A model generated the notes under the pieces. That model did no database searches. It worked only from the letters and a program-made list of their open reading frames with translations, and had not been told where the DNA came from. Of a stretch of DNA of 64,000 nucleotides, positions 12,441-24,247 are shown piece after piece (positions within the stretch are counted from its first letter, which is position 1; every line of letters starts with the position of its first letter). A program made the translations under genes and the position numbers. The stretch is from Azolla caroliniana (taxonomy: Eukaryota > Plantae > Polypodiophyta), in the NCBI GenBank assembly GCA_043228905.1, contig JBHGNT010000012.1, positions 3,162,001 through 3,226,000 on the forward strand. Reading direction: 5' to 3'.

Positions 12441-15400
12441 TATGGTAAACGAGAAATAGAAAGAGAGGGAGAAAGGGAGAGAGAGAAAGAGAGGGAGAAA
12501 GAATGTTTTTATGATAATGTGTGTTTGTCTCTCTCTCTACAACCAACCAACCGACCACAGAGAGAGAATGTGGTGGTTATAGGTGCACCCTATTTTTGGG
12601 GTGCACCTTTTCATATCATAAGGTTACGTTTTGTATTTACTTTCTTATTTACTTATTTACACTAATTAGTTTATTACAACACCCCCCCATAAACTAATTA
12701 GTTGTGAACCGTTGTAATCCTAAATTTTCACAACAAGTTTCAAATTTGTCCGGAGGGAGAGCCTTTGTTAGAAAATCAGCCCACATATGATTTGTTGATG
12801 TAAACTCTAATGTAAGCTTGTTTTCTTCGGCTAACTCTCGTATAAAGTGATATTTTAAATCCACATGTTTTGTTTTCTCTGAGTGCTTTGGATTCTTCGT
12901 TAAGTAGATGCATGATATATTGTCGCAGAAGATTTTCAATTGGAGTGGTCCACATAGTTGGAGTTCTTTTATCACTGTTTGCAACCATAATCCTTCTTTA
13001 GCAGCCAATGCCACTGCTACGAACTCAGCTTCAGCAGATGAAAGTGTCACAGATTCTTGTTTTTTCGATTGCCACGTCACTGCTGCTCCTGCCATTATAA
13101 AAGAAAAACCAGCAGTAGATCTACGAGAATCAATGTCCCCCCCCCAATCCGAATCAGACCAACCAACAAGTGATTTGATTGGTCTTTCGGATTGGGATCG
13201 TTTATATGTTAATCCATAGTTAGATGTGTGTTTTAAATATCGCATAACTCGTTGAAGTGATTTCCAATGCATAAGACCAGGGTTATGCATAAAGCGTGAA
13301 AGATAGTTAATTGCAAAACAAAGGTCAGGACGAGTCCCTGTGACTAAATATCGAAGTTTTCCTATTAATTGTTTAAAAGGAAATTGTTGCATAAAATTAA
13401 TATCTCTTTTTGTGGTTGGACTATCAGATATGCTTAAGTTACATGTTAATGATAAGGGAGTAGTGCAAGGTTTAATGTTTAGCATTCCGAAGGATTTCAA
13501 AATTTCATTAATGAATTTATTTTGATGAATGATCAAGGTGCCCATACTACGATTACGCGTAACTTGCATGCCTAGGAAATAAGATAGGGGACCTAAATCT
13601 GTTATTGAAAATGCTTTGGAAAGCTCTAGCTTTGCTTGAGTAATTTCAGATGGTGTTCCGACTATAGGAATGTCATCAACATATAATGCTACCACTAACA
13701 ACCGATTAGATGAATGATTATGTCTAATGTATATATTTGGTTCTGATAACAATCTAGAATAGCCATGTGAGAGCATAAAATTGTTAAATTTTTGAAACCA
13801 TAACCTAGGAGATTGTTTGAGTCCATAAAGTGATCGATGTAATCGACACACATAGTTTGGTTGAGATTGTGACTCAAACCCAGGAGGTTGGGACATGTAG
13901 ATTTCCTCAGGTAAATCACCATGTAGAAATGCCGTTTGTACATCCAAATGATGTACTTCGAGATCAAGAATGGTGGCTAGAGCCATTAGGAGCCGAAAAG
14001 ATGCCATACGGAGGACGGGTGAAAATGTCTCAGAATAGTCAAGTCCTTCAACTTGAGAAAAACCACGAGCTACAAGTCGAGCTTTGTAACATGCAACAGT
14101 ACCATCAGGGTTTAGTTTTTTCTTCAACACCCATTTGCATGAAATAGGTGAGCGTCCCATTGGGAGTGGTACTAGAGTCCATGTTTTATTGGCCTCAAGA
14201 GATTCAAGTTCTTTTGCCATGGCGGCTTGCCATTCTACACGATCTGGACTTTGCAATGCCTCATTGATAGTTAAGGGATCATCAGAGACGTCTGATGTGG
14301 TTGTCGGGGAACCAAGAGCCGAAAAAGCAAACTCAGGTTCAAATCGATGGTCCGCAACAAGGGCATCAATTTTTTGTGTGTGATCATAAAGATCTTGAAT
14401 AGTACGAACTTTCTTTGGAGTTGATGTAGGGCTAAGTGAACTAGGTGATTTCGCATTGTCGCAACAATTTTTATCTTCTACATGTTGACTATTAGTGGGA
14501 TATGAGGTATTTCTACATCCTATTTTAATTACTTTTGCATCATTGTGACCATTGGTTTTCCCCTTACCATTAAGGCGTGAGGATCTTCGTAGTGGGATCA
14601 AGAGATTTTGAATAGGACGGGAACCTGAATAATCAATGTGAGTTAATTGTGTTCTATCTAAAGGCTTTTCCTTATGAGTGCTAAATTGTTTATTAAGCCT
14701 TTGTTTAGTTTGCGTAGAGTTAGTGTTTAAAATTGGAGTATGTACATCAGTTTGTTGTGATTGTTTGGTTATTAGGGGCAATAAGTTGGAGTCATTGGTT
14801 GAAACTGGGACTTCTGGGCGAACCTCTAGAGATGAACGCATTAGTGGAGGAGGGTTAATTGGCATATGGTCAAGTGTGACTTGTTGAATTTCCGAGGACA
14901 TTTGTGGAGCCCGCCAAGAATTAGTAGGTGATGATATTATTTCTTTATTAGATTCAATGTTAGACATGGTAGTCTCATCTTGTATCTTTTCATGGCCATG
15001 ATGTGGGTGAGGATTAGATATTAGCTTATCTTCATCAAATATCACTCGTCGACTAAATATAAATCTTTTGGATTTTGGGTCATATAATCGATAACCCTTA
15101 TAGCCATGAGGTTCGCCATACCCAACAAATATTGTGCGAACTGCGTGATTATCTAATTTTGATCGAGTTTCTAAGGGTACGAGTGCATATGATGGACATC
15201 CAAAGATTCTTAGATTTTCATAATTTGGATTTTTTCCAAACCACAAGGAAAATGGAGTTGTCCTAATTGATCGACTATATGTTCTATTGAATATATAACA
15301 AGCGGTTGAAACGGCCTCTTCCCAATATGTTCGGGGAAGGTTTGCAATGGCGAGCATGCTACGAGTGGCGTCCATATACAACCGGTTTCGCCGTTCAGCC

Positions 15401-17667
15401 CTTGAATTGTGTTGGGGTGTATATGGGATGGTAAACCGTTGTTGAATCCCATGGTTTTGGCAATAAGTTTGGAAGTTTTGGGACTTGAATTCTCCACCAT
15501 TGTCTGATTGTAGTACTTTAAGGGGTAAATCTTGTTGATTTGTTACAAGTTTGTGGTAGGCTTTAAATTTCTCAAGGACTTGATCACTACATTTTGTCTT
15601 GAGAAACGTGACCATCGTGAACCGAGTAAAGTCATCGATAAATGTTAGGAAATATACATTTCCAGATAGGGATGGGGTAGACAAAGGACCACATATATCC
15701 GTATGTACTAGTTGGAGGGGTTTGGTGGTCGTTGTAGGATGGGATGGAAATGGCGAGTTAGAAAGTTTTCCAAATATACACCCTTCGCAAAGGGATAATT
15801 TCGATTTACGAGGAAGAGTAAAGCCAATTGCTATATGTTGTCGGGCCATGTGAACCATTGTTTGATGGTTTAAGTGACCTAATCGATAGTGCCATAATAA
15901 GGTCATATAGTTTGATGTGTTTGAATCATCTATGTGGTGTGCTTCTTCAGCAGGTACCACAGAGCGGCCTAGAAGGTAAAGACATCCTTGTCTTGGACAA
16001 TTGACGACATAGCCTCGTCCAGAGGGTGTCTTATGACGAATGATACAATATTTGTGATAAAACTCGACGGATGTATTATCATTCGTGAGTTTATTGACAG
16101 ATATCAAGTTTTTGGCTATGTTAGGTATATAGTAAACTTCATTGATTTCAATGAAGTTCCCATCAGAAAGTTCAAGATGAGCAGTCCCATGTCCAAGGGC
16201 ATATTCAACCCCATTGTTCCCAAATCTAACCGGGAAAGGATGTTCTAAGGCCTTATAGTCTTTGAGCCATTCAACTCTTGAGGTGAGATGACATGTGGCA
16301 CCTGTATCAAGAATCCACGTTGAAGTGGGAGAATTGTTAAATGAAGTGAGGGCCATGAAGGCAATGAAAGAATCTTCATTATCTTCATCGGAATTTTGGT
16401 CATTATCACATATGTGATTATTTGGATCGTAGTCATCATGAGATGCATTATAAGATTGGTCTTCTTTATATGTTCTTTTCCCGTTGTTAGAATTCCTATA
16501 ACAATCTTTCGTTTCATGTCCGCTCCTTTGACAATTTTTACAAAAGGATCTAAGGAACCTAGATTTGTTATGATTCCTTGAATCGTTAAATTTAGAGGTT
16601 CGTGAATAAAATTTGGAGTTATTAGGTTGGTATGTTGATTTAGGTTTATTGTAAGGTTTTTTATTGTAATTTGGATGTTTGATATAAAGTGCGGTGTGAG
16701 ATGAGGAGGGTTGATTTATTGCCCTACGAAGTATGTTTTCTTGTGAGATTGATGCAACTAATGTTGGGACACTAATGTTGGCGGATGTGGATTTTGTACT
16801 TATAAATGGTTGCCATGATGGGGGTAGGGCGGCTAACAAGAGGGCAGATTGAACGGAACTTGGCAAACTAAGTCCTGAAAGGATTACATCATCAAGTCGA
16901 AGTCTCCAATTTTTAACGAATGTATCAACATCATCATTTTCATTCATATTCATATTTATTAATGTTTTTAAATTTGCAACTTGGGACGTAACGTCCGTAT
17001 GGAGGTAATCAGCCTCTAATCTATCCCATATTTGTTTGGAGGTAGTCAAGGTTCTCACACTTTGCTTAAGTGTGTCCTCCATATGAAGGAGAAGTTCTAA
17101 GCGAGCGTTTAAATCACGCCGCTTCCATGTTTGCACACCAAGTGCATTTGTGGGGTCGGGGCACACGTCTGTTCCATCGACGATTTTTAACAAGTCATGT
17201 TGTTCTAATATAATTTCCATGGTCATACGCCATGGTTGATAATTTTTATCATTCAATTTTTCAATATGATAAGTGCGAGACGATACCTGGGCGGCATTTG
17301 CCGCCACATTTGCTATCACTCCACCGTTTGACATGGTCGAAAGTCGTTTCTTTAATTCGCACGTTCGTTATTAACACCGCGACACAAATCTTGGTGGGGT
17401 TGGACTCCTTCACCGCTCTGATACCATATGGTAAACGAGAAATAGAAAGAGAGGGAGAAAGGGAGAGAGAGAAAGAGAGGGAGAAAGAATGTTTTTATGA
17501 TAATGTGTGTTTGTCTCTCTCTCTACAACCAACCAACCGACCACAGAGAGAGAATGTGGTGGTTATAGGTGCACCCTATTTTTGGGGTGCACCTTTTCAT
17601 ATCATAAGGTTACGTTTTGTATTTACTTTCTTATTTACTTATTTACACTAATTAGTTTATTACAACA
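12441..17667 (-). mobile_element. Full-length, young Ty1/copia LTR retrotransposon
   Basis: 241-bp LTRs at 12441-12681 and 17427-17667 look identical. TSD caact at 12436-12440 and 17668-17672. tRNA-iMet PBS (tggtatcagagc) at 17415-17426. G-rich PPT at 12682-12690. Confidence 0.97.
12694..17334 (-). CDS. Intact copia gag-pol polyprotein (1546 aa)
   Basis: Single ORF with gag, CKNCQRSGHETKDC knuckle, protease WILDTGAT, integrase (HTDICGP, SDNGGEF, AERRNR), RT LYVDDI and RNase H WSDSDWGG, in copia order. Confidence 0.97.
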   Translation of the reverse strand: MSNGGVIANVAANAAQVSSRTYHIEKLNDKNYQPWRMTMEIILEQHDLLKIVDGTDVCPDPTNALGVQTWKRRDLNARLELLLHMEDTLKQSVRTLTTSKQIWDRLEADYLHTDVTSQVANLKTLINMNMNENDDVDTFVKNWRLRLDDVILSGLSLPSSVQSALLLAALPPSWQPFISTKSTSANISVPTLVASISQENILRRAINQPSSSHTALYIKHPNYNKKPYNKPKSTYQPNNSKFYSRTSKFNDSRNHNKSRFLRSFCKNCQRSGHETKDCYRNSNNGKRTYKEDQSYNASHDDYDPNNHICDNDQNSDEDNEDSFIAFMALTSFNNSPTSTWILDTGATCHLTSRVEWLKDYKALEHPFPVRFGNNGVEYALGHGTAHLELSDGNFIEINEVYYIPNIAKNLISVNKLTNDNTSVEFYHKYCIIRHKTPSGRGYVVNCPRQGCLYLLGRSVVPAEEAHHIDDSNTSNYMTLLWHYRLGHLNHQTMVHMARQHIAIGFTLPRKSKLSLCEGCIFGKLSNSPFPSHPTTTTKPLQLVHTDICGPLSTPSLSGNVYFLTFIDDFTRFTMVTFLKTKCSDQVLEKFKAYHKLVTNQQDLPLKVLQSDNGGEFKSQNFQTYCQNHGIQQRFTIPYTPQHNSRAERRNRLYMDATRSMLAIANLPRTYWEEAVSTACYIFNRTYSRSIRTTPFSLWFGKNPNYENLRIFGCPSYALVPLETRSKLDNHAVRTIFVGYGEPHGYKGYRLYDPKSKRFIFSRRVIFDEDKLISNPHPHHGHEKIQDETTMSNIESNKEIISSPTNSWRAPQMSSEIQQVTLDHMPINPPPLMRSSLEVRPEVPVSTNDSNLLPLITKQSQQTDVHTPILNTNSTQTKQRLNKQFSTHKEKPLDRTQLTHIDYSGSRPIQNLLIPLRRSSRLNGKGKTNGHNDAKVIKIGCRNTSYPTNSQHVEDKNCCDNAKSPSSLSPTSTPKKVRTIQDLYDHTQKIDALVADHRFEPEFAFSALGSPTTTSDVSDDPLTINEALQSPDRVEWQAAMAKELESLEANKTWTLVPLPMGRSPISCKWVLKKKLNPDGTVACYKARLVARGFSQVEGLDYSETFSPVLRMASFRLLMALATILDLEVHHLDVQTAFLHGDLPEEIYMSQPPGFESQSQPNYVCRLHRSLYGLKQSPRLWFQKFNNFMLSHGYSRLLSEPNIYIRHNHSSNRLLVVALYVDDIPIVGTPSEITQAKLELSKAFSITDLGPLSYFLGMQVTRNRSMGTLIIHQNKFINEILKSFGMLNIKPCTTPLSLTCNLSISDSPTTKRDINFMQQFPFKQLIGKLRYLVTGTRPDLCFAINYLSRFMHNPGLMHWKSLQRVMRYLKHTSNYGLTYKRSQSERPIKSLVGWSDSDWGGDIDSRRSTAGFSFIMAGAAVTWQSKKQESVTLSSAEAEFVAVALAAKEGLWLQTVIKELQLCGPLQLKIFCDNISCIYLTKNPKHSEKTKHVDLKYHFIRELAEENKLTLEFTSTNHMWADFLTKALPPDKFETCCENLGLQRFTTN

Positions 17668-18576
17668 CAACTAAATTCGCCCATCAAATAGTCAGAGAAA
17701 GAGGAAGAAGAATAAAAAGGGTCTCATTCGTGTTTTGGAATTGCATCTTGCATTCCATCTGTACTCCATCCATATAGGGTCCACGAATGGGTCCTTTGTA
17801 CCAAGTGGGGGATGATTCTCTACAGAATCAAGAAAGAAACTTGGGCATCTTAGATGAATCTTAGAGACCTTATTATATGCTCAAAGCTACTGTAATGGAT
17901 TCTCCTCTTGACACCACCATCACAAAAATTGATACATAGCAGCAATGGTAGACAGAGAGCTTCTTCTTCTCAACATGGTAAAGGTAGGGAGAAATGCATC
18001 ACAGTAAAAGACAAATGTATCGTTGAAGTAGATAGAAGAGAGATTTCATATGATATTATCTATATGTATAAAATGCTTCAATGTTGTCCCATAAATGAAA
18101 AACAAAACATAACAGTGTCAAATGTTTGGATAATTCTGATGGTGTATCACTATCCAATAAACCAATGTTGGAGTCTTCTGTTTCTCATACCTTTATCACA
18201 CATCTCCCAGTATCTTAATATATTTGATGGTCTCATACCCACTATCCTCTTTTGATGGTCCCATAACACCACAATTTCTTAAAGTTGTTGTATATTTATG
18301 ACTATTTGTCATGTCCTTGTTTCCGAACTTCTGTAATTACATATAATCCCAACCCTATAATGTAAATGTTTTGAGATCATCTATCAAAATCATCAATTAA
18401 CATTACATGTGATAAAGGGATGGCGTTATATGCTAAACATTATATGTTAAATATTTCAATCCAATCTTGTTTCTCAATTCCTCTTCTTAACAATAGTGTC
18501 TCCTCTAGTTGACATATTCTCCATCTATATGGACGATAAAAATTCTAATTCTCCTCTTCAGGTCTGTGATAAATTG

Positions 18577-18907
18577 ATGGCATAATTCAGATTTCAGAAC
18601 CTTTGGCAAATGTTTTGTGCCTGAAGGGTTAAGCAAGCTTGCTATACAACGATTACACTAAAAGATATTTAATCTTCCTTCCTAAGGTATGTCGAAAGGA
18701 TAAGGAAGTGGAGACAATTCTCTGAAGCATTTAAATTGTTGGATTTGTTTAGAACAGTTTGGATCTGGCCAGCATCTTTATTCATTTAAACTTAATTTAC
18801 AATGTATGATTTGTCTTGTCAAGTGTCTTTCACCATGGTTTGAAATTAGCAATGGAGAATATATGTATATGATAGAGTCAAGGTAATGGAAGTGTCGATG
18901 ATGGATG
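18577..18907 (+). pseudogene. Decayed duplicate of the last (RING) exon of the 3001-5014 gene
   Basis: Colinear DNA matches to 4618-4925: gatggcataattc, ttaagcaag...gctatacaacga, cgaaaggataaggaagtg, tttgtttagaac, ccatgg.ttgaaa. Stops and indels are present. Confidence 0.85.
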
Positions 18908-19506
18908 TTTGATCATAGGGTGGTCCCATGTCCAAAGTTGTATATGCATGTATATCTAATTATGAAAAACCCACAACATTCTAGGATATTCTAGAATGTT
19001 GTAGAATGTTCTAGAGTTTTTACAATAATCAATATATTACAAACAGTAGCTTTTATCATCTCATATGACAATTAAAGTATTGAAAGTCGAGAAGTAACAA
19101 CACACACACATGCCCGCTCGTGCAATCTAGCAGAGAAAAAAGAGTCTTGGCAAGGTAACTAAACCTGGTTTGTGGAACACTCCATCTTCTTATGGCATAA
19201 AAAAAACAAAAATCGGCATAATTGATTGGACATTGCTAGTCATGATCCAACACTCCGAAAAGTCAATAGTCTGTTGATCTCTTACACAAAATACATATAT
19301 AATATAATGCTCATTATTGGTTATATGATTAGAGATGTGCAAAGACTGAGTCGAGTGTCTATCACGAGGAAAATGTCGACGTAGAAACTAGAACATTGTG
19401 TTGATTTACTCGTCTTTGGTTATATGATCAACATCCATAAAGTCACTTGTTTTGTTAAATCTGATCTTACACACAAACACACAGACACAGACACAGACAC
19501 ACATAG

Positions 19507-20562
19507 ATGGAAATGTCGAGCCGCACGGATCGTACGAATAATCCTAGTATGCCATCTTCGTCTTCATCGGAGAATATCGGGTCGTCATCGACCCTTACTA
19601 CCAATGTCACCACCAAGGGCTTGACACCATCGGATCGTGCGGTTCTGTGGGAGATCGACATGGCACGCGGTTGTGTCGCAAACTTCAACAAGCTCCTCGG
19701 TGCCCACTCCATCATCCTCTCGCTCCTCGTGACTGTCAATCTCATCGGCTTCCTCCAGCCGCCCAAAGGATGGGTGGTGACCGATGTCCCGGGCCTCCCC
19801 GATGGCGGTCCCGACGATGGCCGTAACACTACCACCTCCTCTAGGATGACTACCAGCACCATGTACATGGAAAGCCCGTCGGTGCGCGCCTTCGCCGTCA
19901 CCAACAGCCTCTCTCTGTACAGTGCCATATCTGGCCTCCTCTTTTATATCTATTGCAGCTATGGCGGCTTCCTCTCGTTGGAATCGATCTCCCTCCCGGC
20001 CGACATGATCTATGATGAGCAAGGCATCAATCTCCTCCACAACTTCCGCGCGTGCCTCCGGTGCGTCGTGCTCCCTTCCTTGCGCCGCCGCATCACGCTC
20101 CTCTTCGGCTTCCTCACGTGCTCCCTCATGTTCTCGGGGATGGCCTTCGTGTCGGCCGGATTGGCCGCGGTTGGCCACAACTGGCGTACAGGCTACGTGG
20201 TGGTGCCCGCCATCTTCGGATGTGCCCTCGTGTTCGGTTTGCTGGTGCTGGTGGTTGTGAAGCACCACCATGAGATCAAATTCGATGATCGGTTCAATGT
20301 GTTCTGGAAGGAGATTGCGGGGATCAACAAAATGCCGGAGCTGTGGACGGTCAAGAGTACGACATGCCAGGCTCTCGATCCAGCCCCTTTGATCCGTAGG
20401 CGTATGCGCACCAGAATAACCAACGAAGAAGGTGTAGCTGATGGATCCCGGAATCCCAGTGTCAATGACATGGAGCCATATTTTGTGTATCTACTCAACC
20501 AGAATCCGAATCGGCAATCGCAGTCTTCGAATATATCCAACCTTGAATACCACCCCTACTGA
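19507..20562 (+). CDS. Intronless PGG-domain-like multi-pass membrane protein, no ankyrin repeats (351 aa)
   Basis: Hydrophobic helices with PGG-like motifs LLVTVNLIGFLQPPKGW, AFAVTNSLSL and SLMFSGMAFVSAG. GC-rich coding-like ORF in AT-rich surroundings. Confidence 0.8.
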   Translation: MEMSSRTDRTNNPSMPSSSSSENIGSSSTLTTNVTTKGLTPSDRAVLWEIDMARGCVANFNKLLGAHSIILSLLVTVNLIGFLQPPKGWVVTDVPGLPDGGPDDGRNTTTSSRMTTSTMYMESPSVRAFAVTNSLSLYSAISGLLFYIYCSYGGFLSLESISLPADMIYDEQGINLLHNFRACLRCVVLPSLRRRITLLFGFLTCSLMFSGMAFVSAGLAAVGHNWRTGYVVVPAIFGCALVFGLLVLVVVKHHHEIKFDDRFNVFWKEIAGINKMPELWTVKSTTCQALDPAPLIRRRMRTRITNEEGVADGSRNPSVNDMEPYFVYLLNQNPNRQSQSSNISNLEYHPY

Positions 20563-21668
20563 TGATTAGTTAATAGGATGGTATGTTCATCCCCTCTAAA
20601 TAATCTTGTAGGCATGAAATTTTTTATAATCAATTTGTTATTCTTCTATGTGTTTCCATAGTTACTGTTCATAATGGGCATTTCCCAACACTTACTCTTA
20701 CAATCTGTTTTGGGGCTCTACAGATGTCGGAATTTTTGTTTTTTTTTGGTAGTTTGCCGCATTTGTGGCGGAATGTCTGTTATTTTGTCCGTTAGAATTT
20801 GCGGCACTATGAGAAAAATGCCGGCTTATTTACCATAGTAAATGCTCGAAGCATCCCATTCTGTATATATAACTATTATAAGAAGAAGATAATATGAAAA
20901 TGATCAGTTGTATGCTAATTTAATTCTATGAATAAAGAACTTTATAATTTGTTCACTTCCTCTCTGGCAAATTCTTTTCTTCTAAGGAAACATGATTGAT
21001 GGAGTACCTAGGGAATATGAGGGGAGCCCATCAGTTTTCTTAGGCTTAGTGAAGAAACTTGTCATGAACTTTTTTCATGTAGATTTTGATTGGTATGCTT
21101 AGTGAATATCAAGAGAGCCCATAGGCTTCCTTATTTTTACTAATGTGCATTCTATTATGTGAAGAAACATGTCATGAACTTCTTTTCAATTCGGTTTTGA
21201 TTTTATTGAACTAGTAATATCAAGGGAGGCCATCAATTCTCCCATGCCGCCTTAATATTAATCCCTCTTTCAACACTCTAGATCCCACGGTTTTTTCCTT
21301 CTTTGAATAATTTATGTGATAGTCTTCGAGAGAGACGATCAATTACTCGTGAAGAGAATGCCTTTTTTATACTGTGTGGAAGATTGCATCCATGGATGAT
21401 GTAGGGTGACAAGCATAAATGCCAATAGATAATTATGCCCCTCAAATATTTTGATGGATTCGAAATAATATACTTCATGTCTTATGGACCTCGACAATAA
21501 TCAGAATCCCTTTGCAAAGATTGAATGCAAAGAGCATGATGATAGCAAGAATACATGTAGGCTGTGGTTAGACTCATTTGTGAATGAAGATTCCAATGCA
21601 TGTGGTCTCAACACGAAAAAGTAAAAGATTCATAAGAGTACAATGGCAAGGAACAAGTAAATATTTCT

Positions 21669-22046
21669 TGTGGTTTAGATACTATAATTAGTGATGATGA
21701 GTATTAATATTAATTATAATGTACACACCTCGACATTAGTTAGTTTTGTGGTTTAGATACTATAATTAGTGATGATGAGTATTAATATTAATTATAACGT
21801 ACACACCTTGACATTAGTTAGTTTTTTGGTTTAGATACTATAATTAGTGATGATGAGTATTAATATTAATTATAACGTACACACCTCGACATTAGTTAGT
21901 TTTGTGGTTTAGATACTATAATTAGTAAATATTTCTTAGAATATGAGTATTGGAAGATGACGACAATATTTCTTGTGGTTTAGATACTATAATTAGTGAT
22001 GATTCATGAATATGGTAACGTACACACCTCGACATTAATTAGTTTT
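21669..22046. repeat. 78-bp tandem repeat, 3 full copies plus partial copies
   Basis: tggtttagatactataattagt at 21671, 21749, 21827 and 21905, with a partial copy near 21976. Confidence 0.9.
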
Positions 22047-23619
22047 GTAATGTGATTATGTGACTATTATTTCGATTGATCAATGCAATAAAAAGGCGAA
22101 TCTATTTTGCTTATGATCAAATGTGTATATATTTCCAATATAATCAAATAACTACCAGATTTCGGTGAATTTGTAGTGTCACTAGTTGAGATATCAAAAT
22201 TTGGTTTATTTCCTCCAATACATTGAAATTTGTTGATGATGATGATGAATAGAAGGTAGAATAATTGAGTACATGAGTAGAAGGTGGTTTTCGTAGCCAT
22301 TTGGGTATAATTTGCATAGGCACAATACCTTGCTTTTTATGCTCATGATATGATTGAAGACAGGGATGTGTGTGAGAGAGAAAGCAAAGTGTATTACAAA
22401 TATGTAAAACATAATGGTGAAAAAGCTATATTCCATGAAAGCATGTTAAGGAAGGTTGAGGTGGTGGGGTTTTTTCTACTCAAGTTGAACCCACAACTAA
22501 AAAGCAATAAATAAAATGGTAGGGGTTATAAAAGGGAGAGATGTGTTAGCCGATAGGCTACCCAGAGTCCAAGGGTCGGAGTTGGAGTCGACAATACTCG
22601 GAGTCGACAATGTGAACATATTAAGAGTCTATTACTAATCAATAGACCAAACTAAAGTAGAAGAAACAAAATAGATTGGATAGAAGAACCCGTTCCACCC
22701 GACCACCCCCGAGCTATGATCTAGACATAGCCAACCTACCACCGACGTCCCATACCACCACATATTAGGATGACTAATACCTTGGAAGAGATATTAAAAC
22801 CGATCGTCGAGAAGAAAGCCTAGCCCGCACCACCAATGTCTAAGACGCGATGTGCTTATGAGGGTAGCTAAGCTATCACATTCTAGACTCGAACCTCTTG
22901 ACTTTTAACACACACAGTACATTGTATTGTATTAACCATAAGTAAACTCTTGTGAACTGTCCAAATTTAGTTGTATATTGTAGAGTCTAGTGTATAGTAC
23001 ATTTGAGAATATTCTAGTCGTTAGTATATTCTAGAATTATTCTGTGGTATATTCTAAACGGGTATATATTCTTAAGATATTTCTAGAGTATATTCTAGAG
23101 ATATTCAATCTTGGAAATTGTATAAATACTTGTAACATCCTTGGTCCCTTTCAAGGAATTCAACACCAGTCATTGACACATCAATCTAGTATTCTCGTTT
23201 CGCCTCATCTTTGTCTCTTTGATCTTTATTTCTGTCTTCATGCCCTCATGTCGCCCACAACATCTAGAGTTCCTAGCCTCGTCACATCTAGCTCCAAGTT
23301 CATCCGTCGCTCATAGCCCCGTCATTCGTGCTTTGTTGTAATCCGTGATTAGTGTGTCTGTGACAGTTTGAATCCCTTCCAACTGGGAGCATCACCCGTC
23401 TTCGTCATCGCCTTTGCTTTTAGATTTACCATCATCACCATCCTTGCTTTCGGAGTTACCGTCATCAACATCCTTGTCTTCGACGTCATTATTTTCAGCA
23501 CCTCTTAACCCAACCATCGTAGTCATCAACACTACTTGTGATCATTTTTTAGGTATAATTTTGCATCACGGTTTTGGTGAGGAGTGCTTTCGATCGCTCA
23601 CCTTCCTAGTTCCGGTGGG

Positions 23620-24140
23620 GGTCACAACCGCTCACTTTCCTGGTGGGGATCGTGTTTTCGATCAGGACTGCACATGGTCGCTCACGTCCGTTCATGTTCC
23701 AATTCTTCGTGAGGGCCACATGGTCGCTAACGCCCGTTCGTGTTCAGTTCTCGGTGAGGGCTGCATGGTCACTCACGTTCGTTTGTGTCCCAGTTCTCGG
23801 TGAGGGCCACATGGTTGCTCACGCGCGTTGGCGTTCGTGTTCCAACTCTCGGAGAGGATCAACATGGTCTCTCATGCCTATTTGTGTTCGTGTTCACTTT
23901 GAAGACCGCACATGTTCACTCACACCCATTGGTATTCGTGTTCCAGATCCTTGCGAGGATCGACATGGTCGCTGCCCGTTGATGGTCGTGTGCCAACTCT
24001 CGGCGAGGACCAACATGGTCTCTCATGCCCATTGGTGTTGGTTTTCCCCTTGAGGACCACACATGGTCACTCACGCCTGTTGGTATTTGTGTTCCAGTTC
24101 CTGCCGAGGACTGCACATGGTCGCTCATGCTCGTTGGTGT
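23620..24140 (+). repeat. Degenerate tandem repeat of about 50-55 bp inside the non-autonomous element
   Basis: gaggaccacatggtcgctcacgcccgtt-like units recur about 9 times. Confidence 0.8.
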
Positions 24141-24247
24141 TCAATACCTCGTCTTCTGGAAGGGCTACTCCTTGTCTAGGATTTACAAAATACTTTGGAG
24201 GTGGTCTAAGATTTTCATCAACAATATCCACTTAAGCCAACGACCGG

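Noticed and set aside
19467-20540. Antisense and alternative-frame ORFs over the PGG gene
   Set aside because: Expected shadows of a GC-rich coding sequence; no motifs.
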